DNA of 64,000 nt from Candidatus Poribacteria bacterium (lineage in GTDB: Bacteria > Poribacteria > WGA-4E > WGA-3G): assembly GCA_965205015.1 (NCBI GenBank), contig OZ242029.1:352001-416000 (forward strand), written 5' to 3'. The translations under genes were made by a program, and so were the position numbers. The notes beneath the pieces were generated by a model, which made no database searches, was not told the DNA's origin, and saw nothing but the letters and a program-made list of their open reading frames with translations. Positions 1 to 10,100 of the stretch are shown here, piece by piece; position 1 is the first letter of the stretch, and each line of letters starts with the position of its first letter.

Positions 1-921
1 ATGAGACTGGTGCTTGAGTTTCCGCAGGAACTCACCAAACGCAAGATCCGAGACCTGTTTCCCCCACAAGCGTTTCATACCCGAAAGGTTCAGGTCTTCA
101 AAGAACAGTATATCAAACTTACGACACAGTTCTATCGCCAGTTTCCAATGGTGATCTGTCCGTTGGTTCGCCGTTTTCTTGTGGATACGCGCAACGGTCT
201 TGCGTTCGCGTTCTTGGTTGTTAGACCCTTTCACCTTACGGGAATACGCCTTTTGTGCTTCTGCTAACTTTTCAGCGTTCTGTTTGTAAAACATCGGAGA
301 CGTATACCTATGACCATCACTGCCAATCAGAAAGTCCGTAATACCCATATCAAACCCTTCAGCTTTACCCGTCTTGGGTTCGATCTTGATTTCGGTATAG
401 TCTTCTGTCAGCGTAATATACATATCTCCGAGCGCATCCCTCGTTACATGAACTTCGATGATGTGTCCCTCGATTTTACGATGCAGGGCGAAGCGATACC
501 AACGTCCATTCAGTCGGATTTTATAGGTCGGGTGATTTCTTTGGTTTTTCTGCTTATCCAGGACTTTTTCAATCTTGACCTGTTCACCCCGAAACGTCAT
601 CCCTTTGTGTTTCTTGCAAGACTTGAACTTTGGGTGACCTCTGCCAAGGGTTTTCATTTCTCTAAAGGATTGTGCCAAACGCTTTAGCACATTTTGCAAC
701 GCCCAAGAGTAAGGGATATTCCAATGCTGATACTTCTCAAGTTTCTTCAGTTTCGTCAAATGTTTCGACAGTTTCGCATACGAAAGCCCTTTCCCATAGC
801 GGCGGTAATATCGCATACAGAGTGCCAAAAAATGATTTTTCACAACACCACAGATATTGCAATCGTCGTGCAAGTGACGCAACGTCTTATCCTTGAAAAG
901 TTTATGTTTTGTGTTTCGCAT
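1..921 (-). CDS. tnpB: TnpB RNA-guided endonuclease (3' end outside window)
   Basis: Manual translation from ATG 921: MRNTKHKLF...GRGHPKFKS...GKAEGFDMGITDF (RuvC-I)...ILFFEDLNLSGMKRLWGKQVSDLAFGEF (RuvC-II). The frame is open to base 1, so it is absent from the ORF track. Confidence 0.9.
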   Translation of the reverse strand, partial: MRNTKHKLFKDKTLRHLHDDCNICGVVKNHFLALCMRYYRRYGKGLSYAKLSKHLTKLKKLEKYQHWNIPYSWALQNVLKRLAQSFREMKTLGRGHPKFKSCKKHKGMTFRGEQVKIEKVLDKQKNQRNHPTYKIRLNGRWYRFALHRKIEGHIIEVHVTRDALGDMYITLTEDYTEIKIEPKTGKAEGFDMGITDFLIGSDGHRYTSPMFYKQNAEKLAEAQKAYSRKVKGSNNQERERKTVARIHKKTANQRTDHHWKLAIELCRKFDILFFEDLNLSGMKRLWGKQVSDLAFGEFLRKLKHQSH

Positions 922-944
922 GGTTTATCAAGTCTCAAGTCTTT

Positions 945-1008
945 AACCCCTATACAGTGGGTGGGACCGACACGTAACCTTGCGGTTATGCTGTATATGT
1001 CGGTCCAA
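945..1008 (-). ncRNA. Putative structured 5' leader RNA (pseudoknot) of tnpB
   Basis: Stems GGACCGACAT/GTGTCGGTCC, TAACC-GCAA-GGTTA and ACCC/GGGT, plus pseudoknot TATACAG/CTGTATA. All pairings covary with the copy at 13620-13677. Confidence 0.6.
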
Positions 1009-1020
1009 CTTGATATTCTC

Positions 1021-1050
1021 ATTATACCACACTTTCGGACCAAACGTCAA
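1021..1050 (-). promoter_or_regulatory. sigma70-type promoter of tnpB element
   Basis: TTGACG-18nt-TATAAT with extended -10 TG; conserved in the second tnpB element. Confidence 0.7.
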
Positions 1051-1132
1051 GCAAAAAATGAACGCTTTGGTCCTTTCCAAGAGGGCGAGACTGTATCCCA
1101 AAGCTAAAGCATTGGGTTTTCGTCTCGGAAGT

Positions 1133-1300
1133 TTAGATAAAGTGATTCTGCTCACACCATTTCAGGATTTCAGGGTCGGGTGTACCTCTTACGGGTGCCC
1201 CAGTATCGCCGATCATCCAAACTGTTAACGATGACTCATGGTGGAGTAACTGTGCGCGGTAGGTTGGTGGAACGTGCTCGTCTAACAAATACGCGGTCAT
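1133..1300 (-). pseudogene. DUF5615/PIN-like toxin, truncated by tnpB element insertion
   Basis: MTAYLLDEHVP...GTPDPEILKWCEQNHFI stops exactly at the IS left end; lies downstream of a DUF433 gene. Confidence 0.75.
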
Positions 1301-1316
1301 CTTTGCCCTTGTTGTT

Positions 1317-1664
1317 CTATGAAGGCGAGGGTGTTGTACTTGGAGCACTACCCCGCGCTTCTGTTCTGAGTTCCCGCAGTCGAGCAACAACAGGCGGCAG
1401 ATTTTTCTCGTATTCCTCCCGTGCTGTTTGGCAGTACTGGAGATAGTCTGCTAAATATACCCCAACTTCTTCTCGATTTTGCAGGTAATACAGAATCGTC
1501 GCGTAGACCTGTTCCAATGTTAATGTCCGAAAACGTTCTGCAATTTGTTCAGGTGTTTGGGCACGGTGAATATATTCGTATAGCACACTCTCAATACCAA
1601 TGCGTGTACCTTTTATTCTTATATCATCCTCTGCCAAAAAGTTGAAGTATTCTTCAATTTGCAT
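1317..1664 (-). CDS. DUF433 antitoxin-like protein
   Basis: IRIKGTRIGIESVL...TPEQIAERFRTLTLEQVYATILYY motif; GGAG SD before ATG 1664. Confidence 0.85.
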   Translation of the reverse strand: MQIEEYFNFLAEDDIRIKGTRIGIESVLYEYIHRAQTPEQIAERFRTLTLEQVYATILYYLQNREEVGVYLADYLQYCQTAREEYEKNLPPVVARLRELRTEARGSAPSTTPSPS

Positions 1665-1793
1665 TTCCATCACTCCGTTTAGGGATAGTTTCTGTTTGCC
1701 GCGCTGCATACTCTCATGAATTGGACAGCATCAGTGAGCACCGATAATTATCATAGCATACATTAAGCAAGAACGTCAAGTGAATTAGGGGGA

Positions 1794-1906
1794 TAGGGGC
1801 ATTTGTCACGATCATTTAGTTTTCCGCTAGAACACACTCAAAGTCCCCTGATAAGGGGGATTTAGGGGGTTTTTTCATGCAGAAAAGCTAAAACTAAATA
1901 GCCCTG
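1794..1906. mobile_element. MITE-like element with ISAs1-like ends
   Basis: Right end AAAACTAAATAGCCCTG resembles the ISAs1 IR AAAACTAAATACCCCTG. The left end AGGGGCATTT..AGTTTT carries a 13-nt insertion. Internal CCCCTGATAAGGGG hairpin. Confidence 0.5.
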
Positions 1907-2013
1907 GGATTACCGGAACAGACCTTGCCACCCGTTCACGTATGTGATATAATATCCTATTCAATAGTGTCATCATCCGTGAGAAAAGGAACACCTTACA
2001 AGGAGCAAAATCT

Positions 2014-2187
2014 ATGAACACAAATCCTGCTGAAACGCCAGTTATCAGCGTCCCCGACGGTTCTATCCGTGATTATGTTGATGGAAAACCTCGCAAGGAC
2101 ACACCAGAAGAATATGTCCGCCAGACGATTGAGAAAAGATTAATCAATGAGCACAAATACAAACAGGAACGGATCAAAATAGAATAA
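2014..2187 (+). pseudogene. N-terminal fragment of HsdR_N-type restriction/N6-methylase fusion protein
   Basis: AGGAG SD; MNTNPAETP...IRDYVDGKPRKDTPEEYVRQTIEKRLINEHKY then stop after 57 aa. Confidence 0.6.
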
Positions 2188-2296
2188 GGTAATGGAATTG
2201 TATTTTTTAGCAGGAAGCATTGAGGGTGATTGATGAGAAGGTTATATATGCGCGGTAAAAATAGTAATTAAGAGGCACTGGGTAGGAGAGTATTCT

Positions 2297-3514
2297 ATGA
2301 AACTATTTTCTAAAATATGGTATTGGCTTGTAATAATAGCGGTCCTAACACTTGCAGCAGGTATAACAACTCTGTTTCCACAAATAGATGATGTTGCTGT
2401 ATCTGAGGAAACAAATTCGCCTGATAACACGAACGAGATTGATCTTACTACTAAAGCTGATCCTCAACAAGAGAATCCCGCCTCGCCCAGCACAATGGAA
2501 AATGTCCATCCTGCAACCAATGTTGAATTACAGCGTCTTTTCAATGATTTACGAAAGGAATATCTGGACACCCGAGAGGGGACAATCAATTGGTGGCTGC
2601 AGTTCATTACCATAGTTCTCGCCTTCTTCGGTATTGTTGTTGTAGTTTTAGGTTACTTTGGACTCCAAGAGTTTAAGAAACTTAAAGCTGAAGCGGAGAA
2701 AGATGCTGATGAAATAAAGAATCAGCTCTCTGAGGTACTGAAAAGCAGAGCGGAACTTGAGAGAGTCCGAGAGGAAGCGGAAACTAATGAAGCGAAGACA
2801 GAATCCGATGAAGCCATCCAGAGGACAAGGGAAACGTTCAGTGCTGAGGAATTCGCTACCCTCTCTGGTGACGAAGAATTCGAGAAAGTTCTGCAAGATT
2901 TTGAACAAATTCCCAATCTGTCTTTTATAGACAAGGCGACAGTTGAAGCGTACAAGTTGCAGAAAGATGGTAAAATTACAGAGGCAATCCAGAAGTGGCA
3001 TTCTATTGCTAATATCGTTGATGAAACTGATAAACACCTCGCTGCCCGCGCGTGGAGTTCTGTGGGATATCTCCTTTCAAAACAGGAACAAGCAGAAGAC
3101 GCAATTTCTGCTTATGACAAGGCAATAGAGATGAGAGCGGACTATGCCGAGGCTTACTACAGGCGAGGTACGCAAAGAATTAGTCTGAAACAATATTTAC
3201 CCGCTATGAACGACTTTGATCAGGCAATTAAGTTGAATTTTAATGCAGCCACTGCATACGTAGGTCGAGGGCTTGCGAGATTAGAACTCAATAAACGTGA
3301 TGATGCTTTTATTGACTTCGATAATGCCATTTCCATAGATCCAAATTATGCCAGTGCTTATGCTGTTCGGGGTGAGGCAAAAGTTTCCGAAAATGATATT
3401 GCAGGTGCAAAGTCGGATTTCCAGTCCGCATTGAACCTAGCAGAGAAACAGGGCAAAAACGAACTCAAAATTACCATAGAGGAAAGACTTCAAGAACTTA
3501 ATGAAATGGAATAG
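2297..3514 (+). CDS. Membrane-anchored TPR protein
   Basis: Two hydrophobic segments, a coiled coil and C-terminal TPRs (AEAYYRRG, ATAYVGRG, ASAYAVRG). Confidence 0.85.
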   Translation: MKLFSKIWYWLVIIAVLTLAAGITTLFPQIDDVAVSEETNSPDNTNEIDLTTKADPQQENPASPSTMENVHPATNVELQRLFNDLRKEYLDTREGTINWWLQFITIVLAFFGIVVVVLGYFGLQEFKKLKAEAEKDADEIKNQLSEVLKSRAELERVREEAETNEAKTESDEAIQRTRETFSAEEFATLSGDEEFEKVLQDFEQIPNLSFIDKATVEAYKLQKDGKITEAIQKWHSIANIVDETDKHLAARAWSSVGYLLSKQEQAEDAISAYDKAIEMRADYAEAYYRRGTQRISLKQYLPAMNDFDQAIKLNFNAATAYVGRGLARLELNKRDDAFIDFDNAISIDPNYASAYAVRGEAKVSENDIAGAKSDFQSALNLAEKQGKNELKITIEERLQELNEME

Positions 3515-3632
3515 AAATTTGCAGAGAATATGCGATATGATTCCGTAAACTTGAAAATATAATTTAAGTTGCAATTTTTTGCGAACAGATGTATAATTTA
3601 AATTATCTTTAATATATAAGGAGGGTAAACTG

Positions 3633-3839
3633 ATGTCTCGTCTGAAAACTGACTACATATTCTCCAGCGGAGCAAGCGGAACTGATAGTGAAAAAGCTCG
3701 TAAGGCAATTGAAGCGGTTCGGGAAGCAGTTCGGGTCTCAAGTAGAAGTCATACATCTGAAGTAGAGAAAGCAAAGGCAGCATACCTCAAAGCCCTCCAT
3801 GAGGCTGTGAAAAGATTCAGCCGTTCAAAACAACGCTAA
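3633..3839 (+). CDS. Small hypothetical protein
   Basis: Strong SD AAGGAGGG, 68 aa. Confidence 0.5.
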   Translation: MSRLKTDYIFSSGASGTDSEKARKAIEAVREAVRVSSRSHTSEVEKAKAAYLKALHEAVKRFSRSKQR

Positions 3840-3969
3840 TCATTAGCAGGACGAGTAGTTCTGTCTATCTTTTTTATTTTAAGATGTAGCGTGATATTTT
3901 AACACAATACGCCAAGCGTATCCCGGCAATCTTAAAATCTTGTAAATCCTGATTCTGACAATCCTCCCT

Positions 3970-4365
3970 TCAAAGCGGTTTCCCGAAACACAACACATAC
4001 CCGTCATGATCCTTGAGTTCAAACGCCCGGAGACCGTCATCCGTGTCCGCGAGGGGTTCGTGGAACACCAGTCCGCGGGACTCAAACTCAGCAAACAACA
4101 CATCAGGATCGGAAACCCAGATAAAAGCGTCCCATCTTGCCCACTCGTGCCGGGTATGATTGGGGACGGGATGAATATCTTTAGCGATATGTTTGAGCAG
4201 AATTCGCACGTCATCACGACTCACGATTCCAAAAAACGGATCTTCCTCCGGGATGAGGAGATCTGTCTCAAAACCGAGTTTCTGATTGTAAAAATCGATG
4301 GATGCCGCAAGGTCGTCTACAATAAAAAACGGATAAATTCTTTCAAGTTTCGTATCTTTTGCCAT
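3970..4365 (-). CDS. VOC/glyoxalase (bleomycin-resistance-like) protein
   Basis: VDDLAASIDFYNQKLGF...RAFELKDHDGYVLCFG. Confidence 0.9.
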   Translation of the reverse strand: MAKDTKLERIYPFFIVDDLAASIDFYNQKLGFETDLLIPEEDPFFGIVSRDDVRILLKHIAKDIHPVPNHTRHEWARWDAFIWVSDPDVLFAEFESRGLVFHEPLADTDDGLRAFELKDHDGYVLCFGKPL

Positions 4366-4577
4366 CGTCTATCTCTCCTTTTTTCCGTAATATCCTAACA
4401 GATTCCCACCCAGTATTCAACGCAGAAGATTCTCATGGAAAAGTCTTCCCAGTTTGGAGTCGTGCGATTCATCGCACGTTTTGAAAGTACAAGGGGCAAT
4501 CAATGGTTTCCCTACTACGAACCAATTAATCTGAAGTATGGAAAACTGAAGAGCCCTAAGGTCCCATAAAAGCACAG

Positions 4578-4606
4578 TTGACAAATCTACGCCCTCAGAG
4601 TATACT
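4578..4606 (+). promoter_or_regulatory. sigma70-type promoter
   Basis: TTGACA-17nt-TATACT upstream of the oxidoreductase. Confidence 0.6.
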
Positions 4607-4649
4607 AACAACAACGACCACACTCTGAATTGAGGAAGGAACAGATTTC

Positions 4650-5609
4650 ATGGCAACCCTCAGATGGGGAATACTCGGTTGTGGAGATGTCGCTGAATAT
4701 AAGGGCGGCCCGCCCCTTTACAGCGTCGATGATTCGGAACTCATCGCCGTAATGCGACGGGACGGCGCCAAAGCGGAATCCTTTGCCGAGAGACACGGTG
4801 CAAAGCGATTCTATACCGATATAGACGACCTTCTATCCGATGACGAACTCAATGCAATCTACATTGCGACGCATCCATATCTCCACTGCGAACAGACCCT
4901 CCGTGTCGCAGCGGCAGGTAAGCATGTCCTCTGCGAGAAACCGATGGCGATGACGGTTGAAGAGTGCCAACGGATGGTGGATGCCTGCCACGCCGCAGGT
5001 GTCACCCTGATGCTCGCCTATTATCGCAATTTCTATCCGAATATCGTAAAAATGAAGGCACTGATGGATGAGGGTGCCATCGGGGACGTAGTGCTGGCAC
5101 GAATCAATCACACCGGTTTTTATGATCCGACTCGGCACGACCTGCATAGCTGGCGAGTGGATCCCAAAATCAGCGGCGGCGGTGTGCTGATGGACCTCGG
5201 GAGCCACCGTATCTCGCTCCTTCAGTATCTGATGGGGAAAGTTGAATCCGTGCAAGGTTACGCCGAGACAGTGCATCTGGACATTGAGGTCGATGATGCC
5301 ACGGCGTTTACGCTCCGTTTCAAGAGTGGGGCGCATGCCGTTGCGAACGTCAACTGGAACGTCGGTGTCTCGATTGACGATGTTGAGGTCTACGGCACGG
5401 AAGGGGCTTTAAGGTGTTCGCCGTTGAACAGTGGGAACCTGACGTTGGAAAAATCGGGTGAGCAGATTGAGATGGACCAGACACCGTTCCCTTACACACA
5501 CACGGGTCTTGTAGAGGACTTCGTCAACCACCTCAAGACGGGTGAACCGATCCGGTGTACGGGTGAATCGGGATTGCAGACGAATGCAATCATCGCGCAG
5601 ATAATGTAG
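4650..5609 (+). CDS. Gfo/Idh/MocA oxidoreductase
   Basis: WGILGCG Rossmann start, HVLCEKPMA, GGGVLMDLGSH. Confidence 0.93.
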   Translation: MATLRWGILGCGDVAEYKGGPPLYSVDDSELIAVMRRDGAKAESFAERHGAKRFYTDIDDLLSDDELNAIYIATHPYLHCEQTLRVAAAGKHVLCEKPMAMTVEECQRMVDACHAAGVTLMLAYYRNFYPNIVKMKALMDEGAIGDVVLARINHTGFYDPTRHDLHSWRVDPKISGGGVLMDLGSHRISLLQYLMGKVESVQGYAETVHLDIEVDDATAFTLRFKSGAHAVANVNWNVGVSIDDVEVYGTEGALRCSPLNSGNLTLEKSGEQIEMDQTPFPYTHTGLVEDFVNHLKTGEPIRCTGESGLQTNAIIAQIM

Positions 5610-5687
5610 AAGTGTTCTCAGGTTTGGGTGCGGTGCGGTGTTTTTGCTGGGGTGTTTCCCCAAGGAAACCGCACCTACCGTTAGCGG

Positions 5688-6839
5688 TTAATTAATCCGT
5701 TCAGATTCCAACGTTAACCAGTCCCAATACGCCCTCGGCATCTCCGCAGGCGAATCCAACCCGGCTTCCTCACGCCACCGTAACAACGGATGCCGCCGAT
5801 CGGGTTGTGGAAGGTCAACGCTCGTGCCATACGCCGCTGATTCAAAGATACCCATCATCATCTCAATGATGTGTCGTCCCTCAGTGCCGCTGCACGTATG
5901 TGCTTTCCCTTCGTCCAAAGCATTGACATAATCCTCCACGAACCAATAATCCGCTTCCGACGCGCTACTTTCAGGATCGTAGTGCTCAGGATAGATAAGT
6001 TCCAACGCTTCCCACTGGTCGTGCGTACCGTCGGGAACATAGTGCGGTGTCGGTAGCCACCACGCCCCACCGAGTCCCCAGAAGAGCCGTCCTTCAGTGC
6101 CGTAAAGCTCCATCGTATATCCATTGGTATCCATTTTGTCAAAGCGGTGTTGAAGCAGGGTACCCGTGACATTGCCCTCATACTGCAACGTTGCCGTGAT
6201 ATATTCGCCTGCGATTGTCCCCATGCCACTCGGCGACGGCACAACATCTGTAGGCATGATCGGTTTTCCGCCCGTCGTCAGGTGTGCCGCAATACTCTGG
6301 CACCGTTTTCCGAAGTGGAGCATGTTGTTGAGCATGTGGGTACCGATGTTCATCAAGCCGTAACCGCCGTAGTAGCCTTTCCCACTGCCGTACATGTAGC
6401 GCAACTCCCCGATCTTCCCAGCATCAAAAGCCTGTGAGAGCGCCTGCATAGGCGCCCCGACTCTACCTTGGTGGTGGACGGCGACCTGTACGCCTTTTTC
6501 CTTCGCTTTAGCGATAACGGCATCCGCCTGCACGAGATCCACACACATCGGCTTTTCGACCTCAATATGGACGCCGTGTTCCAGCACACGCATGCACAGA
6601 TCGTAGTGGAATTCCGTGCCGGTGGGAATCGCCACAATGTCGGGTTGGGTCTGCCGAATCATCTCATCTAAATCGGTGAACCGTGCGGTGACGTTGACCT
6701 CTTCACCGAGCGTGTCGAGACGTTCTTCGACCAGATCACAGAGTCCGACAATCTCTGTGCGTGGATGCGCATGATATGCCCGTGCTGCCGCCGTCCCGCG
6801 TCCTCTACATCCCAAAATTCCGATCCGATATATTTTCAT
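5688..6839 (-). CDS. Gfo/Idh/MocA oxidoreductase
   Basis: IGILGCRGRG, VEKPMC, LMNIGTH; AAGGAGGG SD. Confidence 0.9.
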   Translation of the reverse strand: MKIYRIGILGCRGRGTAAARAYHAHPRTEIVGLCDLVEERLDTLGEEVNVTARFTDLDEMIRQTQPDIVAIPTGTEFHYDLCMRVLEHGVHIEVEKPMCVDLVQADAVIAKAKEKGVQVAVHHQGRVGAPMQALSQAFDAGKIGELRYMYGSGKGYYGGYGLMNIGTHMLNNMLHFGKRCQSIAAHLTTGGKPIMPTDVVPSPSGMGTIAGEYITATLQYEGNVTGTLLQHRFDKMDTNGYTMELYGTEGRLFWGLGGAWWLPTPHYVPDGTHDQWEALELIYPEHYDPESSASEADYWFVEDYVNALDEGKAHTCSGTEGRHIIEMMMGIFESAAYGTSVDLPQPDRRHPLLRWREEAGLDSPAEMPRAYWDWLTLESERIN

Positions 6840-7105
6840 AGCTCCCTCCTTTTCACATTTGATCGTCCTTGTATTCACCTGCCTACACTGTTGATGTTTC
6901 GCATTATATCATAATCCGTTTAACGGGTCAATGCCTTTGATTTCCCTTGACGCTGCTTCTTAAATCTGTTATCCTTTCAACAAAGCAACGGTTATTTTCA
7001 GATATATCCTTGCGTACTAATTCAAGGACTATTCTCGAACTCAGTCTTTCTCCACAAAGACCTTCCAAGTGCTTCGCGGCTTTGAACTATCACAGGTGGT
7101 TTGCA

Positions 7106-10100
7106 GTGAGTAACTTGACAAAATTCGTATCCATCTTAATTCTCTGTCTCATTATCACTCCCATCGAACCTTCTGTTGCCTCCGAGCACATAGAAACCTA
7201 TACGGTTGCCGACGGTCTTGTGGGTCCGATAGTCCCAGTTATCTTTCAGGACAGTCGAGGAACGCTTTGGTTCGGTTCTGATAGGGGCGGTGTCAGCCGT
7301 TTTGATGGTAACACTTTTGTGCCTTACAAGGCTGTCCCAATCGCTTCGGTGGAGACGACAGTAGCGGGGGTCCAATCCGGGGCACTGCTCGGATGGACGC
7401 GACACATTGCTGAAGATAAATGGGGACACATCTGGTTCCTTACCCGAGATGATTCAGAAACAATCGGTCAGGTCAGCCGTTTTGATGGCACTTCGATCCA
7501 ACGGATCGGAACCGGAAGGTGCTTCATTGTTGACAAGGCGGGCGACGTGTGGGTGAGTGAAAATCAGCGACTCACAAAATACGTTACCTCAGGGGTCCAA
7601 AAACCGCCAGAGGCGTATCAGCACGAGATTGGAAGCGAAGATCCACGCCAATCAACAGAAACATTGACAATAAACGTTATCTTTGAAAGCGAAGACGGAA
7701 CCCTCTGGCTTGCCGGTAGTGAAGGCACACAGGAAACAAGGACCGTAATTCTGAGTTTTCGTGAGACGCATCGACCAGACGAAAAACCCGGCGGTCGCGA
7801 CGTCCCAAATGATAAAACACGGCACCCGCAACCCAATATTGGATTCACGCGTTACAGTCCGCCTCCTATAGCGATTCCCATTGAGGCGGTAACGGAGGAC
7901 ACCGCCGGGAATCTTTGGTTCGGCGGCTATAATCTGCTCCTGAAGTTCGATGGACACACCTTTCAGCAGATCCTGCCTTTACGTTCAGCACAAAGTGGGG
8001 CTTGGCGGTATAGACCGCCGAGGCACGCCGCATTCCAAAAGGACACAAAAGGACGCCTCTGGTTTAGCGATGGTCGCATCACAAGATGGTGGGACGGTTC
8101 ACAACTGCAGATGCCCAGAAACATGCCAAGGATCCTTGAAATTGAGGACGCCTGGGGACATTTATGGTTTACGAACGAGAACGGCGAAGTCGAAAAATAC
8201 GACGCGACGCTTCAGCCAATTCCGTATAGTATCGACCATGGGCTTGATATTGACCGAATTCGGACGATTTTTGAGGCAATGAACGGTGAGTTGTGGTTCG
8301 GACATGACAACGGTGTAACAGTCTTTAACCCGAACCCCGCCATCCAAAATCACGGCACTGGCATCAGTCGTAACCTTAGACGGAAGTCACCTTCCACATT
8401 TTGGACAGATATCGTCAAAATATTTGAAGTTGGCAAATACATCTGGTTCATCAATAAACCGATATATGGTGAAAACGCGACGCGATATACCTTCTTCCGC
8501 TACGGAAACGACGCCTTCGATCAAGTTTCTATCTTTATCAAACCCCAAACGGGACGCCCCAGGAGACCTTCCGATAGGAATCCGAATCTATTTGTCACCG
8601 AAGGGGCACACCGATGGTTGGCTTTTGGCGGACACCTCTTCAAGGCGGACGCAGCAGGATTGTTATGGTTTACAAACCGATTCCAGAGAATCCCTTTTCA
8701 AACCTCCTTGGAAATTGATCATGCCGACTCCCCTATAAATGCCTTGCACACTGATGCCGACAAGTTATGGGTACTTTATGAGAATGGAAGAGTGCAGTCC
8801 TATCCAAAAAAGATTGGACCCGCAACGTCTCTAAATATTGAGCCAGAGACCCTTCCTTATCTGATTAAAGTAACAAAGATGTTCGAGATGCCCTCGGGCG
8901 CCAAATGGTTTTTTAACGCTGTGACAGGAAAGTTAATCCGGTGGAATGTCTCTGACCCGACGACACCGATTGTGCTGAAGGGGCAGTCCCGTGCCACCCC
9001 GATCGCCGCGTGGCAGGACCCAACAGCAAATCAAGCGGAAATTACGTTCCTCTTTCCGGACGCTCTCAAGAAATATCGGGACCAAGCGTTAATCACAACT
9101 GAAGACATTGAACTTGCTCCAGAAAACGTGTCCTTAATGACACAAGAAGGCGTCCTCTGGCTCGCGACCTCTCATGGCGCCGTTCGTTACGATGGAAACG
9201 AACTCACAGCGTATACAACCAAAAATACATCTCAGAATTCCAGAAAAGAGAGATTTCTCGTCGACAATGTGCGTGATGTCATTGAGGACAGTACCGGAAA
9301 TATATGGTTCGCAACAAAGGGCGGCGGCATCGTCCGATACGATGGCAAAACCTTTGACTCGCTCACCACAAAAGACGGTCTGGCGCATAACAATATCTCG
9401 AAAATTTATGAATCCGCTGACAAAGATATTTGGTTTGCCACCCAAGGCGGCGTTACACAATACACCCCAACGCGCGGCGGACTCCCTTTCTATCGACTCA
9501 CCGCCCTACAGGCTGATAAAACCTATACTGTCCTCTCATCGCGTATTAACTTACCCGTACGTGGCAACAAGCATATCCGCTTCTACGTGCGAGGCACCAG
9601 TCCGCTCCGACAACAGCTCTCCTATGAATTTAAAATTATCGGGGTGGATGGTCCCGGTTGGACTAAACTGTCAGCGGCGGAGTTCTCACTTTTGCCCACA
9701 GGTTCCGGGGACTCCTCTGACGAATGGTTTCCTGCATCGGAATTGGAAACGCAACAAGCCACGCATCATCACGGTGTCCAACACGGATTTCAAAACCGCG
9801 ATGGGATTCTCTGTATACGATATACGGGTCTTAAAGCCGGCACCTATAGCTTCATCGTCAAGGCGTTCCGTAAAGACTGGCCCTACACGCATCCACCCGC
9901 CGTGGTCGACTTTAGCATCCCATCCCCCTTCTGGGTGCAGTGGCGAACCTATCTCCCTACACTCATCTTCACGATCATTGTCCTTGCGCTCATTGCCCGC
10001 TTGGTTATCAGCCGAAGGCACACCGCGCAGCTGCGCAACGAAATGTTGCAAAGGGAGGCGGCGGAGATACAACGCATCCGCGCGGAACTCGACGAGGCAC

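Larger units (their letters stand above)
1..1136 (-). mobile_element. IS200/IS605-family (IS1341-like, tnpB-only) element, left end at 1136, runs off the window start
   Basis: On the minus strand it begins CTAAAC after TTTAT. It has a subterminal hairpin CCCAATGC-TTTA-GCTTTGGG inside a CGAGAC/GTCTCG stem, and shares CGCCCTCTTGGAAAGGACCAAA plus the promoter with the element at 13488. It carries tnpB. Confidence 0.85.

Noticed and set aside
945-1008. tnpB leader as a ZTP or cobalamin riboswitch, or a known ribozyme
   Set aside because: The topology recalls the ZTP riboswitch, but its conserved nucleotides, the B12 box and hammerhead/twister cores are absent
1-1228. Plus-strand ORFs 1-267, 310-687, 694-1107 and others
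   Set aside because: Antisense shadows of tnpB and its leader
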